From: a virus
Lineage: Duplodnaviria; Caudoviricetes
Virus record (IMG/VR): IMGVR_UViG_3300025678_000009
Location: 1-64,000 of that record
Length of the DNA: 64,000 nucleotides
Strand: one strand, 5' to 3'
Shown here: in pieces, positions 1 to 9,243 of the stretch
Numbering within the stretch: position 1 is the stretch's first letter
Layout of the letters: every line of letters begins with the position of its first letter
Notes under the pieces: model-generated
Told to the model about the DNA's origin: nothing
Seen by the model: the letters and a program-made list of their open reading frames with translations, nothing else
The model's database searches: none
Program-made: the position numbers and the translations under genes

Positions 1-1
1 C

Positions 2-445
2 AGTTGTTCCTGCTTCTACAAGGATGTATTGAACTAATAATTGATTTTCAGGTATAGGTGGAGTTATTGGTGACGAGGCAGCAGTTCCTGTTATTACACT
101 TATAACCCCTGATTCATCCACAACAATAGCATCTAACCTATTATCATCAGGGTCAGAAGCATCTAATGTAACTTGGGTGGCACTTGTAACCTTATCTCCA
201 TTGAAATAGTATTCTAACGCAGTAACATCATAGACAAGACCTGTCCCTGACCATGATGCACCACCTGTTTTTAAGAATGGTGCAATATATGAAGAACCTC
301 CACCTCCTGTAGAGGATATAATTTTATTTCTACATCCACTTGGTGTTAAATTAATATTGTCTCCTTGTATTAAACCAGATATATAACCTTGTTTATACTT
401 ATTAAGTAGTTCTTTTAAAAGAGTTTCTTCTTGTTTATTAAGCAT
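2..445 (-). CDS. Virion/tail structural protein, partial (runs off window start)
   Basis: Not in ORF track. ATG at 445 overlaps the stop of the upstream gene; open frame MLNKQEETLLKELL...DASDPDDNRLDAIVVDESGVISVITGTAASSPITPPIP... continues to the edge; tail gene context. Confidence 0.7.
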   Translation of the reverse strand, partial: MLNKQEETLLKELLNKYKQGYISGLIQGDNINLTPSGCRNKIISSTGGGGSSYIAPFLKTGGASWSGTGLVYDVTALEYYFNGDKVTSATQVTLDASDPDDNRLDAIVVDESGVISVITGTAASSPITPPIPENQLLVQYILVEAGTT

Positions 446-1985
446 TTTCTAATTGTTTTACTTTTTGTGAAAGTTCTTTTACTGCATTTAGTAATGTGTA
501 CAACAAAACTGATTGGTCATAAAATCTAAAATCTTCTATATCTTCACATTTTCCAATTCTAATAGCTTCAGGTAATATTTGTTCAATTTCTTGAGCAATA
601 ATACCAACATGATTTATATCTGTTGCACCAAATCCTTCTTTTTTTGTAAAAAATGTTGGATTTATTTGTTCTATAATATCTAAACCTTTTGTAAAATTAT
701 CACCTTTGTTTTTAGATCTTAAATCTGATGCATTAGTTAATGCACCATGATATTCTATTTCTCCATAAAATACATTTTTATCTGCTGTTCCTTCTTGATA
801 AATACCATAAGTATTTACTAAATTAGCATTCGTAGCTGAAAATGCACCACTACCATATGCTTTTCTAATTAATAATTGGTAAAAATCAGTAAAGGTATTA
901 ATATTACTTCCACTAGCAACATTATTTATAATTTCATGATTGGCGTATTTATTTATAGTTGTTAAATAATTACTAAAAGATAACTCTGTTACTATCTTAG
1001 TATTAGCTATTACTCTTAATCCAGAAGATTGATCTATTGTTAAATTTCTATCAGATCCTGTCGAATTAAAAGATTGATAACTAAATGAATTTGATACTTG
1101 ACTACCATTTTGTATAGTTACATTACTACCTATTGTAAATTTATTTGAAAATAGTGAATTTATTAATGTCTTACCATTAGTTAAGTTATATGAACTTAAT
1201 GTAAGTTGAGTACCTAAAATATTTGTCTGATGACCAAGGTTAGATGTAGGATTACTTAAAGCATGTTCTGTTTGAAAAGATGTGGCATCTGTATAAGTTG
1301 CAGAACCAGAGAAAATACCAAATTTACTAACATTTTCAAACGTCAAATCATAAGAGTCATTATCTATTATAGTATCTTCTAATAAAGTTCCTCCTAGTTT
1401 TATATTATTGCTGGATTTATTTAACCCATTATTTGCTGTAATTAAGGAAGATAAAGGTTGATTAATCCAATGTGTATTATTTTTAATTAATATATCTCCA
1501 GATACTGAAGATGTTTCTATTACATTTCCTAAATCATCTAATTCACAACCTGATAGTTCTGAACAATTAAATAAATAAGGAATTACTTCTTCTGGAGTAT
1601 AATTAACCCATTTTTCCCCATTGAAAATTAGAGAATCTCCTGAAACAGGACTTACATCTACATCAGATAAACTGTCTATTGAACAAGCTGATAATTCACT
1701 ACAATCAAATACATATTGAGAACCTGAAAGTTCCTCAATTTTATTATCTATTACTTGCACTACTCCGCTTAATTCTTGCAAATCATCTTTCAAGTCATCA
1801 ATTTGTTCTTGAAGATTACAATCATTGTTAGCCAAAGTTTCAATAACTTGACTAATTGTTTGACCTGAAGCAATTTCTGCACAGTCTATATCATTACCAT
1901 CATAAGTAACACAAGAACTATTAATTGGTTGTAAACAACCTTCATTAGGATTAGGATTTAATTCTGGACAATCATTGCAAGCCAT
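438..1985 (-). CDS. Tail fibre/spike with C-terminal intramolecular chaperone (peptidase S74-like)
   Basis: C-terminus SDLRSK...GLDIIEQINP...HVGIIAQEIEQILPEAI...LLNAVKELSQKVKQLE is typical of S74 chaperones; duplicated CSELSxC...LxDV...GDxL...W repeat in the N-terminal half. Confidence 0.8.
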   Translation of the reverse strand: MACNDCPELNPNPNEGCLQPINSSCVTYDGNDIDCAEIASGQTISQVIETLANNDCNLQEQIDDLKDDLQELSGVVQVIDNKIEELSGSQYVFDCSELSACSIDSLSDVDVSPVSGDSLIFNGEKWVNYTPEEVIPYLFNCSELSGCELDDLGNVIETSSVSGDILIKNNTHWINQPLSSLITANNGLNKSSNNIKLGGTLLEDTIIDNDSYDLTFENVSKFGIFSGSATYTDATSFQTEHALSNPTSNLGHQTNILGTQLTLSSYNLTNGKTLINSLFSNKFTIGSNVTIQNGSQVSNSFSYQSFNSTGSDRNLTIDQSSGLRVIANTKIVTELSFSNYLTTINKYANHEIINNVASGSNINTFTDFYQLLIRKAYGSGAFSATNANLVNTYGIYQEGTADKNVFYGEIEYHGALTNASDLRSKNKGDNFTKGLDIIEQINPTFFTKKEGFGATDINHVGIIAQEIEQILPEAIRIGKCEDIEDFRFYDQSVLLYTLLNAVKELSQKVKQLENA

Positions 1986-1997
1986 ATTGTTAATTTT

Positions 1998-2195
1998 TTA
2001 AGAGCCACTTAGCTCGGTTATTATTGCTTCAAGTTTTACTAATATTTGAGAAAGAGTATCTCCATTTTCGATACCTAATGTAGATAGATCTTCCCCTGTA
2101 TATTTAATACATTGAGATTTTGTAATTTCTTTACATGCTTCGCAGGAATCTTCTGGAGGACATGTTGATATTGTTATTGTTTTGCAATTACCCAT
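1998..2195 (-). CDS. Small Cys-rich virion protein, paralogue of the tail-fibre N-terminal module
   Basis: CIKYTGEDLSTLGIENGDTLSQIL resembles CVTYDGNDIDCAEIASGQTISQVI of ORF 438..1985. Confidence 0.6.
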   Translation of the reverse strand: MGNCKTITISTCPPEDSCEACKEITKSQCIKYTGEDLSTLGIENGDTLSQILVKLEAIITELSGS

Positions 2196-3436
2196 TATGC
2201 TATTTTTTGAATCATTATTTCAGTAAAATATTTATTTCTAATATTAACAGCAGTAGGGGAAGATAATAATTTATCTTGGTTATTTATATTAGAAGTCCCA
2301 TCTCCTGTATTTCTATCATACCAAACAGCATCCCTATCTTCACCATTCCCTTCTGATATTTGAATAGTTGAATTATAAATAGTTCCTTGTTCTACTCCTT
2401 CAGAAGTAGAATGAGCATCAACATTTGCAGAAAATATTTCTCCGCCCCCATCTATAGCATTCATGAACGCATCAAAATATTTATGTCTATGAGGAGGTAT
2501 ATTATTTTTAACAAGAGTTACAGAATCACTACCATTACTATTGGTGGAAGAGGCATCATCATAATCTGAATCATTTACATCATATCCCCTAGTAGTTAAT
2601 CCTTTATAATCATCTGTACCATTATTACTATTACAAATTGCCCATTTTGCAAACTTTCCTGAACCTACGCCCCAAGAACCTCCTACAAGGTTAAAGTTTG
2701 AAAGTTGTGCTTCAGTGATTGATAATTTTGTACCTATAGGAAGACCTATGTCCCAGTATTCATCTGATTGTAAAATTGTTGTTATTTGTTCTATGACAAT
2801 ATCCGTTATTGATTGAGTTGAAATAACTTCATTAACTTTTATAGAAATCTTTGCAGTGCATTCATAAGCCCCTTTAGTAACTTTGTAAGTAATTTGGTCA
2901 TTTCCAAAAAAATCTTCATCTGGAGTATAATTTATTTTATTACTTGAAACTGTGGCTGTGCCATTTATAGCATTTGTTTCTATAGTTACTAATGGTGTAC
3001 CAGATACTTCATCTATTATATCATTAAACAATACATCTATTTCTATTGAATCATTTTGGTCTAATTGAACAATATCATTATAACAATTAATACCATAAAG
3101 AGAATCCAAAACATTTTCTATATCTGAAATCTTTTCATATATAGCACAAAAATGATTTTTATAATATGTTGCAAGGGTTTCAATAGTTATATCTTCTGGA
3201 AGTTCTATATCCATATTAGATTCTATTAGACAAGTTAGGTCTATAGAACTTAAATCAGCATCAATAATAGCATTTTGCTCACAATATCTTTGTAACAAAA
3301 TTGAAATCAAATATGTTAAATTTGACTCATCTATAGAACAATCTCCTGTCAATGCGCAATCAGGAACTACTCCACTATATTTTATTTGATTAGTGGTAGT
3401 TATATTGATTTGAGGTTGTGTGTTTTTTAATTTCAT
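2195..3436 (-). CDS. Tail protein with Ig/cadherin-like domain and C-terminal tail-collar-like domain
   Basis: IDVLFND...NGTATVSSNKINYTPDEDFFGNDQITYKV (Ig-like); LPIGTK...WAICN...GSDSVTLVKNNIPPHRH (collar-like). Confidence 0.7.
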   Translation of the reverse strand: MKLKNTQPQINITTTNQIKYSGVVPDCALTGDCSIDESNLTYLISILLQRYCEQNAIIDADLSSIDLTCLIESNMDIELPEDITIETLATYYKNHFCAIYEKISDIENVLDSLYGINCYNDIVQLDQNDSIEIDVLFNDIIDEVSGTPLVTIETNAINGTATVSSNKINYTPDEDFFGNDQITYKVTKGAYECTAKISIKVNEVISTQSITDIVIEQITTILQSDEYWDIGLPIGTKLSITEAQLSNFNLVGGSWGVGSGKFAKWAICNSNNGTDDYKGLTTRGYDVNDSDYDDASSTNSNGSDSVTLVKNNIPPHRHKYFDAFMNAIDGGGEIFSANVDAHSTSEGVEQGTIYNSTIQISEGNGEDRDAVWYDRNTGDGTSNINNQDKLLSSPTAVNIRNKYFTEIMIQKIA

Positions 3437-3741
3437 AATATCTTTTCTAAAAATCTTTTATCGCATTTTGTTAAAGATTTCTCTTTTTCATAAAAATATT
3501 CAATACTGGTTTTTTTAATTCTCATTGGTTCTGCTATGCAATTTAAATCAAAATTATATTTCAGAAGCTTTATTTTTTCTTCCAACACAAGGATATATTC
3601 TCTTAATTCATCAATATCTACTTCAGATTCACAACCCTTAATAGAATATTGAGTCTTTATATAGTCTGAATAAACTTTTTCAGCAAACTTACATTGAAGT
3701 TTTAACAATAATTCTTCGAGCGTATTAATATTAATCCTCAT
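3433..3741 (-). CDS. Hypothetical protein (tail module)
   Basis: Intact ORF overlapping the next gene by 4 bp, in the structural operon. Confidence 0.55.
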   Translation of the reverse strand: MRININTLEELLLKLQCKFAEKVYSDYIKTQYSIKGCESEVDIDELREYILVLEEKIKLLKYNFDLNCIAEPMRIKKTSIEYFYEKEKSLTKCDKRFLEKIL

Positions 3742-3743
3742 TA

Positions 3744-4037
3744 TTAATTTAATGAAATATTATCAATTATTTGTTTAAATTTACAGGGTTTGTTTTCAAA
3801 CATTTTAATCTGCGAATTTATTATAGATATTTGAGTTGCTATAAGTTTTGTTCTTTCTTTACTTTGTAGGTATCTTTTTATACTCTCTAAATTCTCTATT
3901 GTCTGATTACAATAATTATCTCCCTCTGGTTTATTATGTCTATTTATTCTTGGTGAACCATAGTGGCATGTTAAACATAAACCATTTTCAAATTCACAAG
4001 GACATGTAGCACTATATCCACAATTAGAACATTTCAT
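3744..4037 (-). CDS. Hypothetical Cys-rich protein
   Basis: N-terminal CxxC...CxC...CxxCH; tightly packed in the operon. Confidence 0.55.
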   Translation of the reverse strand: MKCSNCGYSATCPCEFENGLCLTCHYGSPRINRHNKPEGDNYCNQTIENLESIKRYLQSKERTKLIATQISIINSQIKMFENKPCKFKQIIDNISLN

Positions 4038-4577
4038 TTAAAAACAATTACAGTTTGAAGAAAATTCATCTAACATTACATTTGCATAATCATATAACTC
4101 TATGGATTTTTTGTATTTTCCACAATCAGCCATATACTTAGCAGCATCAATAATATCTTTAATTTCTCTTAGTTTTTGTAACTCTTCTAAATATTTTCTC
4201 TTAGCACATCTATCTATTTGTAAAGAGCAATATAAATTATGCCATTTTATTAATTGTTTTGTATTTCTTAGGAATGTATACTCTACAAATAATTTATCAT
4301 TAGGACATATTGAATACTTAATAGTCCAAATACCATCTGGCAATTCTGATAAATTATCAGATTGCTTTGTATTTGTAATGTTAAGAGTATTTGAATTTAT
4401 AATAAATGAAAAGTTCTTTCCAACTGGTATAGAAAAATATTGATTAGAACCTGGATATTGTAAATCCAATTTACCATTAGTGGGATTAATATCTGGGTTA
4501 TACCATGATGCATCCTTAACTATAAGAATTTTTGGGTTTAAAATACTTTCTATATAAATGTCTAATTGTGATATCAT
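4038..4577 (-). CDS. Putative virion protein (tail hub/adaptor-like)
   Basis: Beta-rich N-terminus ending in LPDGIWTIKYSICP, then a helical C-terminus; position in the structural operon. Confidence 0.5.
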   Translation of the reverse strand: MISQLDIYIESILNPKILIVKDASWYNPDINPTNGKLDLQYPGSNQYFSIPVGKNFSFIINSNTLNITNTKQSDNLSELPDGIWTIKYSICPNDKLFVEYTFLRNTKQLIKWHNLYCSLQIDRCAKRKYLEELQKLREIKDIIDAAKYMADCGKYKKSIELYDYANVMLDEFSSNCNCF

Positions 4578-5338
4578 TTTATTATGTAATAAATTTCTTT
4601 AGCTATATCTGCTATAATTGGTGCTTTATCTTTACCATTTATAATTTGTCTAGCATTATACCAATCTGATTTTATAGGATCAAAATAGTCATCTAAATCT
4701 TTTCCAGTAAATTTACCATCTCTCATTCCAACTACCATTATCAAAGATGCTACTTTTGGGTCTAATGCTAAATCAGGATTATTTATTAAATCTATTTCAT
4801 AACCTAATCTAAATAGAATTTTAGTAAATCTTTCATAATTGTCATACCATGTTAATTGACAAAACCCTCTACCATAATATATTTTTCCTGTCTTTTTAAA
4901 TGGTATACCATAAGGTTTTCCTTTTCCTTGCCCTTGTTCTGAAACTGGTTCAAATATATATTTTTGTCTATATGCCCCTGTTTCCCAATAAGTGGTTGCA
5001 AGTATATAAGAAACCATTCTTAAATCAGTAACATGTAAATTTAAACAATTATTAAATATTAAAGATATGCTATCTCTTGCTAAAGATGATACTGATCTCT
5101 TTAATTTTTTACCTTCTAAAAAGTTTAAAAAGTCTTGTATTTTAACATTTATGTTATCAGAAGTAAGTTGTGGAAAAGTTATAATTTTATTTTCTGGATC
5201 AGGTATTGTAATTTTTTGACCTACTTTTATTGCATTAGGGTTAGTAATATTGTTAATTTCAATTATTTTTGATAAAGAAGTATTGAAATTCTTTGCTATA
5301 GTTATTAAATTTTCTCCAGTTTTAATTATATAATCCAT
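4574..5338 (-). CDS. LysM + glycoside hydrolase family 19 peptidoglycan hydrolase (endolysin)
   Basis: YIIKTGENLITIAKNFNTSLSKIIEINNITNPNAIKVGQKITIP (LysM); YILATTYWETG...YYGRGFCQLTWYDNY...NPDLAL...ARQIING (GH19). Likely start is ATG 5338, not 5380. Confidence 0.85.
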   Translation of the reverse strand: MDYIIKTGENLITIAKNFNTSLSKIIEINNITNPNAIKVGQKITIPDPENKIITFPQLTSDNINVKIQDFLNFLEGKKLKRSVSSLARDSISLIFNNCLNLHVTDLRMVSYILATTYWETGAYRQKYIFEPVSEQGQGKGKPYGIPFKKTGKIYYGRGFCQLTWYDNYERFTKILFRLGYEIDLINNPDLALDPKVASLIMVVGMRDGKFTGKDLDDYFDPIKSDWYNARQIINGKDKAPIIADIAKEIYYIIK

Positions 5339-5350
5339 ATATTTCTTATT

Positions 5351-5386
5351 AAAATAGAAGGGTTGATATTTTCCAACCAACCCTTC
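5351..5386 (-). terminator. Intrinsic terminator after the 651-aa gene
   Basis: GAAGGGTTG/CAACCCTTC stem followed by TATTTT on the minus strand. Confidence 0.55.
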
Positions 5387-5411
5387 CTACATTTAAAAAT
5401 AGCTTCTTTAA

Positions 5412-7367
5412 TTAACGATATAAATTATCTTGAGTATCTGCATCTATCAAATCAGGTCTTACTGAGTTAATCCAAGATTCAATTGCTGATTCAAAAGCTG
5501 TAGTGTCTACATCTTCTTCAAAAGCAAACACAATTGTTTGTTTAAAGTCATTTCCACCAAAACCTGTAGCTGTAAAGAACTTGTCTATAGCTTCAAATTC
5601 TAAATAGAAGTGCTTGTAGTATTTGTCTTTTTTGATAAACTCATAGTTATATCCATAAATTTCTCTCCAACGTGGATCGTCTGACCATCTTTGTCCTTTA
5701 GTAGATTGAATATCAATATATTCTTTTAATACATTTCTACCAATTCCTGTAGGATATACAGGTTTTTGAAGTTCTGTTACTGCCCATCGAGTAGCACATT
5801 TATCATCTAATTCAACATATTCTCCTTGACGAACAATAATTCTAACCATATCTAGCTCAACGAAGTCATCATATTTGAAAGAACAATTACCAAATTGTGT
5901 ATCAATATAAGCACCTGTCAGAACAATACCTATTTTATCAACTGTACCAGCAGTAGATTCAGCATCACAACAAACTTCCCATTGCTTACCTTTATAGGCA
6001 TCTAAAGGATCATAAGTTGCTACACCAGTATAACATTCAGATTCTGCTAATAAGTTAGAAGATGTTTGTTTAATAGTATAAGTATTAGCACAAGTACCAT
6101 TATCAGATTGAGCAATTGAATCAACAACTACATTATCATTTCCTTCATAAAAAGCTGTAATATCAGCTAATTGAGAAGTTCCAGAAACATCATCACAATC
6201 ATCATCACCAAATACAATACATAATTCTCTTACTTCTTTATAGTAAGCATCTCCTGCTACCCATGCAATTGTTGATGGAGAAGTTAAAGAGCAATAAGCT
6301 TCTGTAAATCCAGACTCAACAATAATGTCCCCAATAGAAGCAGGAGAAGGAGCAGTCTCAGATGTTTTATGAATTAAATAAGTTGATTCACCATTTACAT
6401 ATGATAATCTAACAGCAGAAGAGTCATTATAACCACCAGCACCAGCACCTTGTATTGTAGTTAAATTTGCTCCAGTTCCTGCATCTTGCCTTTGTACTTT
6501 AAATTTATATTTCTTAGATACTAAAGTATAACCAGAAGGACAGTCAGAACAATTTGCTATAGTAGTAATTAATTGATTACTGTAAGCAGCAGGTACGGAA
6601 GCAGTAGCAATTTGTACCAATAAATAAGTACTATAAATACCATCTCTTTTTACTCTTTTAATTGAATTATTTCCATAAGTAGTTTGAACAGCAGCTAAGT
6701 CATTAATTGAACCCTCATCAGCAATAGTTAGGGTATATGATTCATAAGCAACTGTCTCAGTTGTAGGAGCAGATGTGTAAGATACTAATTTATCTGCTTG
6801 TACAAAAGGAGATGTTTTTGGATTAGAATTAATTTGAGTAATAAGGTCATCTACCATTACTTCAACATCAGCAGTACAACCAGATACACAATCTGTACAG
6901 CAAGGAGTATTATAAACAAATGTTTCAGTCAAAGGTTTTGCTCCAAAAAAACGAGTAGTAGGTGACCCTTCTAATTGTAAATGAAGAGTATATGTTTCAT
7001 TACACTCCGCAGTTATTGTTTTACAACTTGTTGTACCATCCCACCCTATTACAACCTTTTGTTGTTTTGGTTTTTTAGGAGTAGATTTTCTCCATGCAAT
7101 CAATTTAGATGCTTGAATAGGAACAGATTTAAAACTCATTCCTGCATTAGTCCAAGAAATTTTTTCATCATTTGGAGACCCCATTGCGATGATGATTTCA
7201 GGAACTGACCTAGCTGATGTAGGAGTAGTTAATGCTTTGTAATTTTTACTGTTGAAAAGCCCTAATTGAAGAGGAGCTAAATCAGCAGTTGTTTTTGTAG
7301 CATCTGTTAAAACTTTACCAGAACCTACAAAATAATTGAAAGTTGTGCTTTGTGCTGAATTTGTCAT
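5412..7367 (-). CDS. Major virion protein, probably auxiliary capsid (decoration) protein
   Basis: Thr/Ser/Cys-rich, highly biased codons, own downstream terminator, lies just downstream of the ring gene as in crAss-like head modules. Function is inference. Confidence 0.55.
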   Translation of the reverse strand: MTNSAQSTTFNYFVGSGKVLTDATKTTADLAPLQLGLFNSKNYKALTTPTSARSVPEIIIAMGSPNDEKISWTNAGMSFKSVPIQASKLIAWRKSTPKKPKQQKVVIGWDGTTSCKTITAECNETYTLHLQLEGSPTTRFFGAKPLTETFVYNTPCCTDCVSGCTADVEVMVDDLITQINSNPKTSPFVQADKLVSYTSAPTTETVAYESYTLTIADEGSINDLAAVQTTYGNNSIKRVKRDGIYSTYLLVQIATASVPAAYSNQLITTIANCSDCPSGYTLVSKKYKFKVQRQDAGTGANLTTIQGAGAGGYNDSSAVRLSYVNGESTYLIHKTSETAPSPASIGDIIVESGFTEAYCSLTSPSTIAWVAGDAYYKEVRELCIVFGDDDCDDVSGTSQLADITAFYEGNDNVVVDSIAQSDNGTCANTYTIKQTSSNLLAESECYTGVATYDPLDAYKGKQWEVCCDAESTAGTVDKIGIVLTGAYIDTQFGNCSFKYDDFVELDMVRIIVRQGEYVELDDKCATRWAVTELQKPVYPTGIGRNVLKEYIDIQSTKGQRWSDDPRWREIYGYNYEFIKKDKYYKHFYLEFEAIDKFFTATGFGGNDFKQTIVFAFEEDVDTTAFESAIESWINSVRPDLIDADTQDNLYR

Positions 7368-7444
7368 TTTTATTTGTTTTTTAAATTTAAAATTTTTCTT
7401 TTCCTTTAATACTATAAATCTTTCTTCATAATTAATATAATAAT

Positions 7445-8149
7445 TTATTCACTCATTTGCAAATTTTGCTGAGAAATTTGATTAGAAAATTGATTTTGCA
7501 TATCTCCGCTTAATATTCTAACTGTCTCATCTATACACATTTCTACAACATTGTCATATAATTCTGGGTCTATTTGAGTAGAAGGACTTCCATCTTTTTT
7601 TATATAACCTGGGATATCTATTTGTTTAGGTACTTTAAGATATGTTAAATAAAGTTTAAGTATATCAAATTTATCCTGAGTATATACTTTAAATTTATTC
7701 CCTACAAGAGTTCCTATTGTTTCTGCCCATTCAAAACTAGGGCAAGTATATTCATTTCTAAGAAGAGTATTCATATTCGATTCTTCTTGTAGATAAATGA
7801 AAATTTCTTTTTTAGAACACTTTTTATTAGTTGCCTTACAAGTTGTTCTAACGTGAAAGTAATAATCTTCTGGTAGATTTTCTGTTAATACATATCCTTC
7901 TTTTTTTATAATATTTAAAGAAATTGGCTCTTCATTTATTAGATTTTTTAAATCATCTACTCTTTTTTTTGTAGATTCTATCCCTGTTTTGTAGTTATTA
8001 TTTTTACCCAATAATCTATTTACAATATTAAGTTGAGCTTTATTATATGCTTCAACAATATTGTAAACAGATATATTTTCATCATCTTGAGTATCTACTT
8101 TATTAAGACGATATTTTACTTTTAAAGCTATGTCTAAGCTTGATATCAT
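7445..8149 (-). CDS. Head-tail ring/adaptor (tail tubular) protein
   Basis: N-terminal helix ...LNKVDTQ...IVEAYNKAQ...; YLTYLKVP and DPEL...VEMCIDETV at the C-terminus resemble crAss-like ring proteins; position after the capsid gene. Confidence 0.55.
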   Translation of the reverse strand: MISSLDIALKVKYRLNKVDTQDDENISVYNIVEAYNKAQLNIVNRLLGKNNNYKTGIESTKKRVDDLKNLINEEPISLNIIKKEGYVLTENLPEDYYFHVRTTCKATNKKCSKKEIFIYLQEESNMNTLLRNEYTCPSFEWAETIGTLVGNKFKVYTQDKFDILKLYLTYLKVPKQIDIPGYIKKDGSPSTQIDPELYDNVVEMCIDETVRILSGDMQNQFSNQISQQNLQMSE

Positions 8150-9126
8150 TAAATTAATCTAATTTCATTTTGAGTTTCTTCTTTTATATCCTTCAATAAT
8201 TCCATATTTTTAGGATTTGTTAAATAACTATATATATCTTCAGGAACTTTACCAAGTTCTTGTTGAGTTTTTGAATATTCAAACTCTTTAGTTTTTGAAT
8301 TAAATCTAATAACATTTGTAAGAATTGCATATTTAATCATTACTTTGTTAAATAATTCTTCTTTTGACATTTCGGCTACTTTCAAGAAGTTTTTATGATT
8401 ATTTTCTCCACCTCTTACTTTTTCACCCTCTATAATACCATTAATATAATCATCTACTCTTTTATATAATCTCATTTCAGATTCTGAATTATACCCTCTA
8501 TTTGCAGGTAATAGGTATTTGATAACTAAGATGAATTTCTCTCTATCTGTTGAAGATAGTATATCTAAAACACTCGTTGCTTTATTTAATTCTTTTTTGA
8601 AGGAAACCTCTTCTTCTACATCCCTATCAGCATTTACAATGTAATACTTATATTCTCTATTTGATTCTTTAGCTGTAACTAAATCTGGAGCAATTTCAAA
8701 AAACGGATTATGTTTTGCATTCGTTTTTATAATTTCTATTTTTACTAATCCTTCTGGATCATTTGTATCAAAAACCGTTATATCTGATTTTAATTCTAAA
8801 ACCATATCCGCATAAAATGGATTTGGTTTTATGTTAGAATCTTCAGGATTCTGAGGGGCTTTTACGTCATCTACTTTAAAGTGCGGAAATTTTTTATTAA
8901 AGTCCTCTATTTTCTTTTTTATAGATTTTATCTCTTTTTCTTTTGCTTTATCATCTAATTTATCTAAATAAAAAGCATTAATATCAAAACCAGTTAAATA
9001 TTTTCCATATATAACAGGTACTTCTAAATAAGTTTTTGAGCCAGGAAATGCCTGAAACCCATAATCAGATAATCCAATTGAATCTTTTTCTTTCGTCAAG
9101 AAAGGTTTTACTGTAAGTGTTGCCAT
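8149..9126 (-). CDS. Conserved head-module protein of unknown function
   Basis: Intact 325-aa ORF between the capsid and ring genes. Confidence 0.55.
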   Translation of the reverse strand: MATLTVKPFLTKEKDSIGLSDYGFQAFPGSKTYLEVPVIYGKYLTGFDINAFYLDKLDDKAKEKEIKSIKKKIEDFNKKFPHFKVDDVKAPQNPEDSNIKPNPFYADMVLELKSDITVFDTNDPEGLVKIEIIKTNAKHNPFFEIAPDLVTAKESNREYKYYIVNADRDVEEEVSFKKELNKATSVLDILSSTDREKFILVIKYLLPANRGYNSESEMRLYKRVDDYINGIIEGEKVRGGENNHKNFLKVAEMSKEELFNKVMIKYAILTNVIRFNSKTKEFEYSKTQQELGKVPEDIYSYLTNPKNMELLKDIKEETQNEIRLI

Positions 9127-9197
9127 TTTTCTTTATTTTATTTTTCTTGCTTTTTTTAAAAAGACTATTTGTATTTTTATTCTGTCTTTTTATTTTT

Positions 9198-9231
9198 AAA
9201 AATAGGAGTGAGACTTCTTTATCTCACTCCT
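9198..9231 (-). terminator. Intrinsic terminator after the major capsid gene
   Basis: AGGAGTGAGA/TCTCACTCCT stem followed by ATTTTT on the minus strand. Confidence 0.65.
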
Positions 9232-9243
9232 TATTTATTTGTC

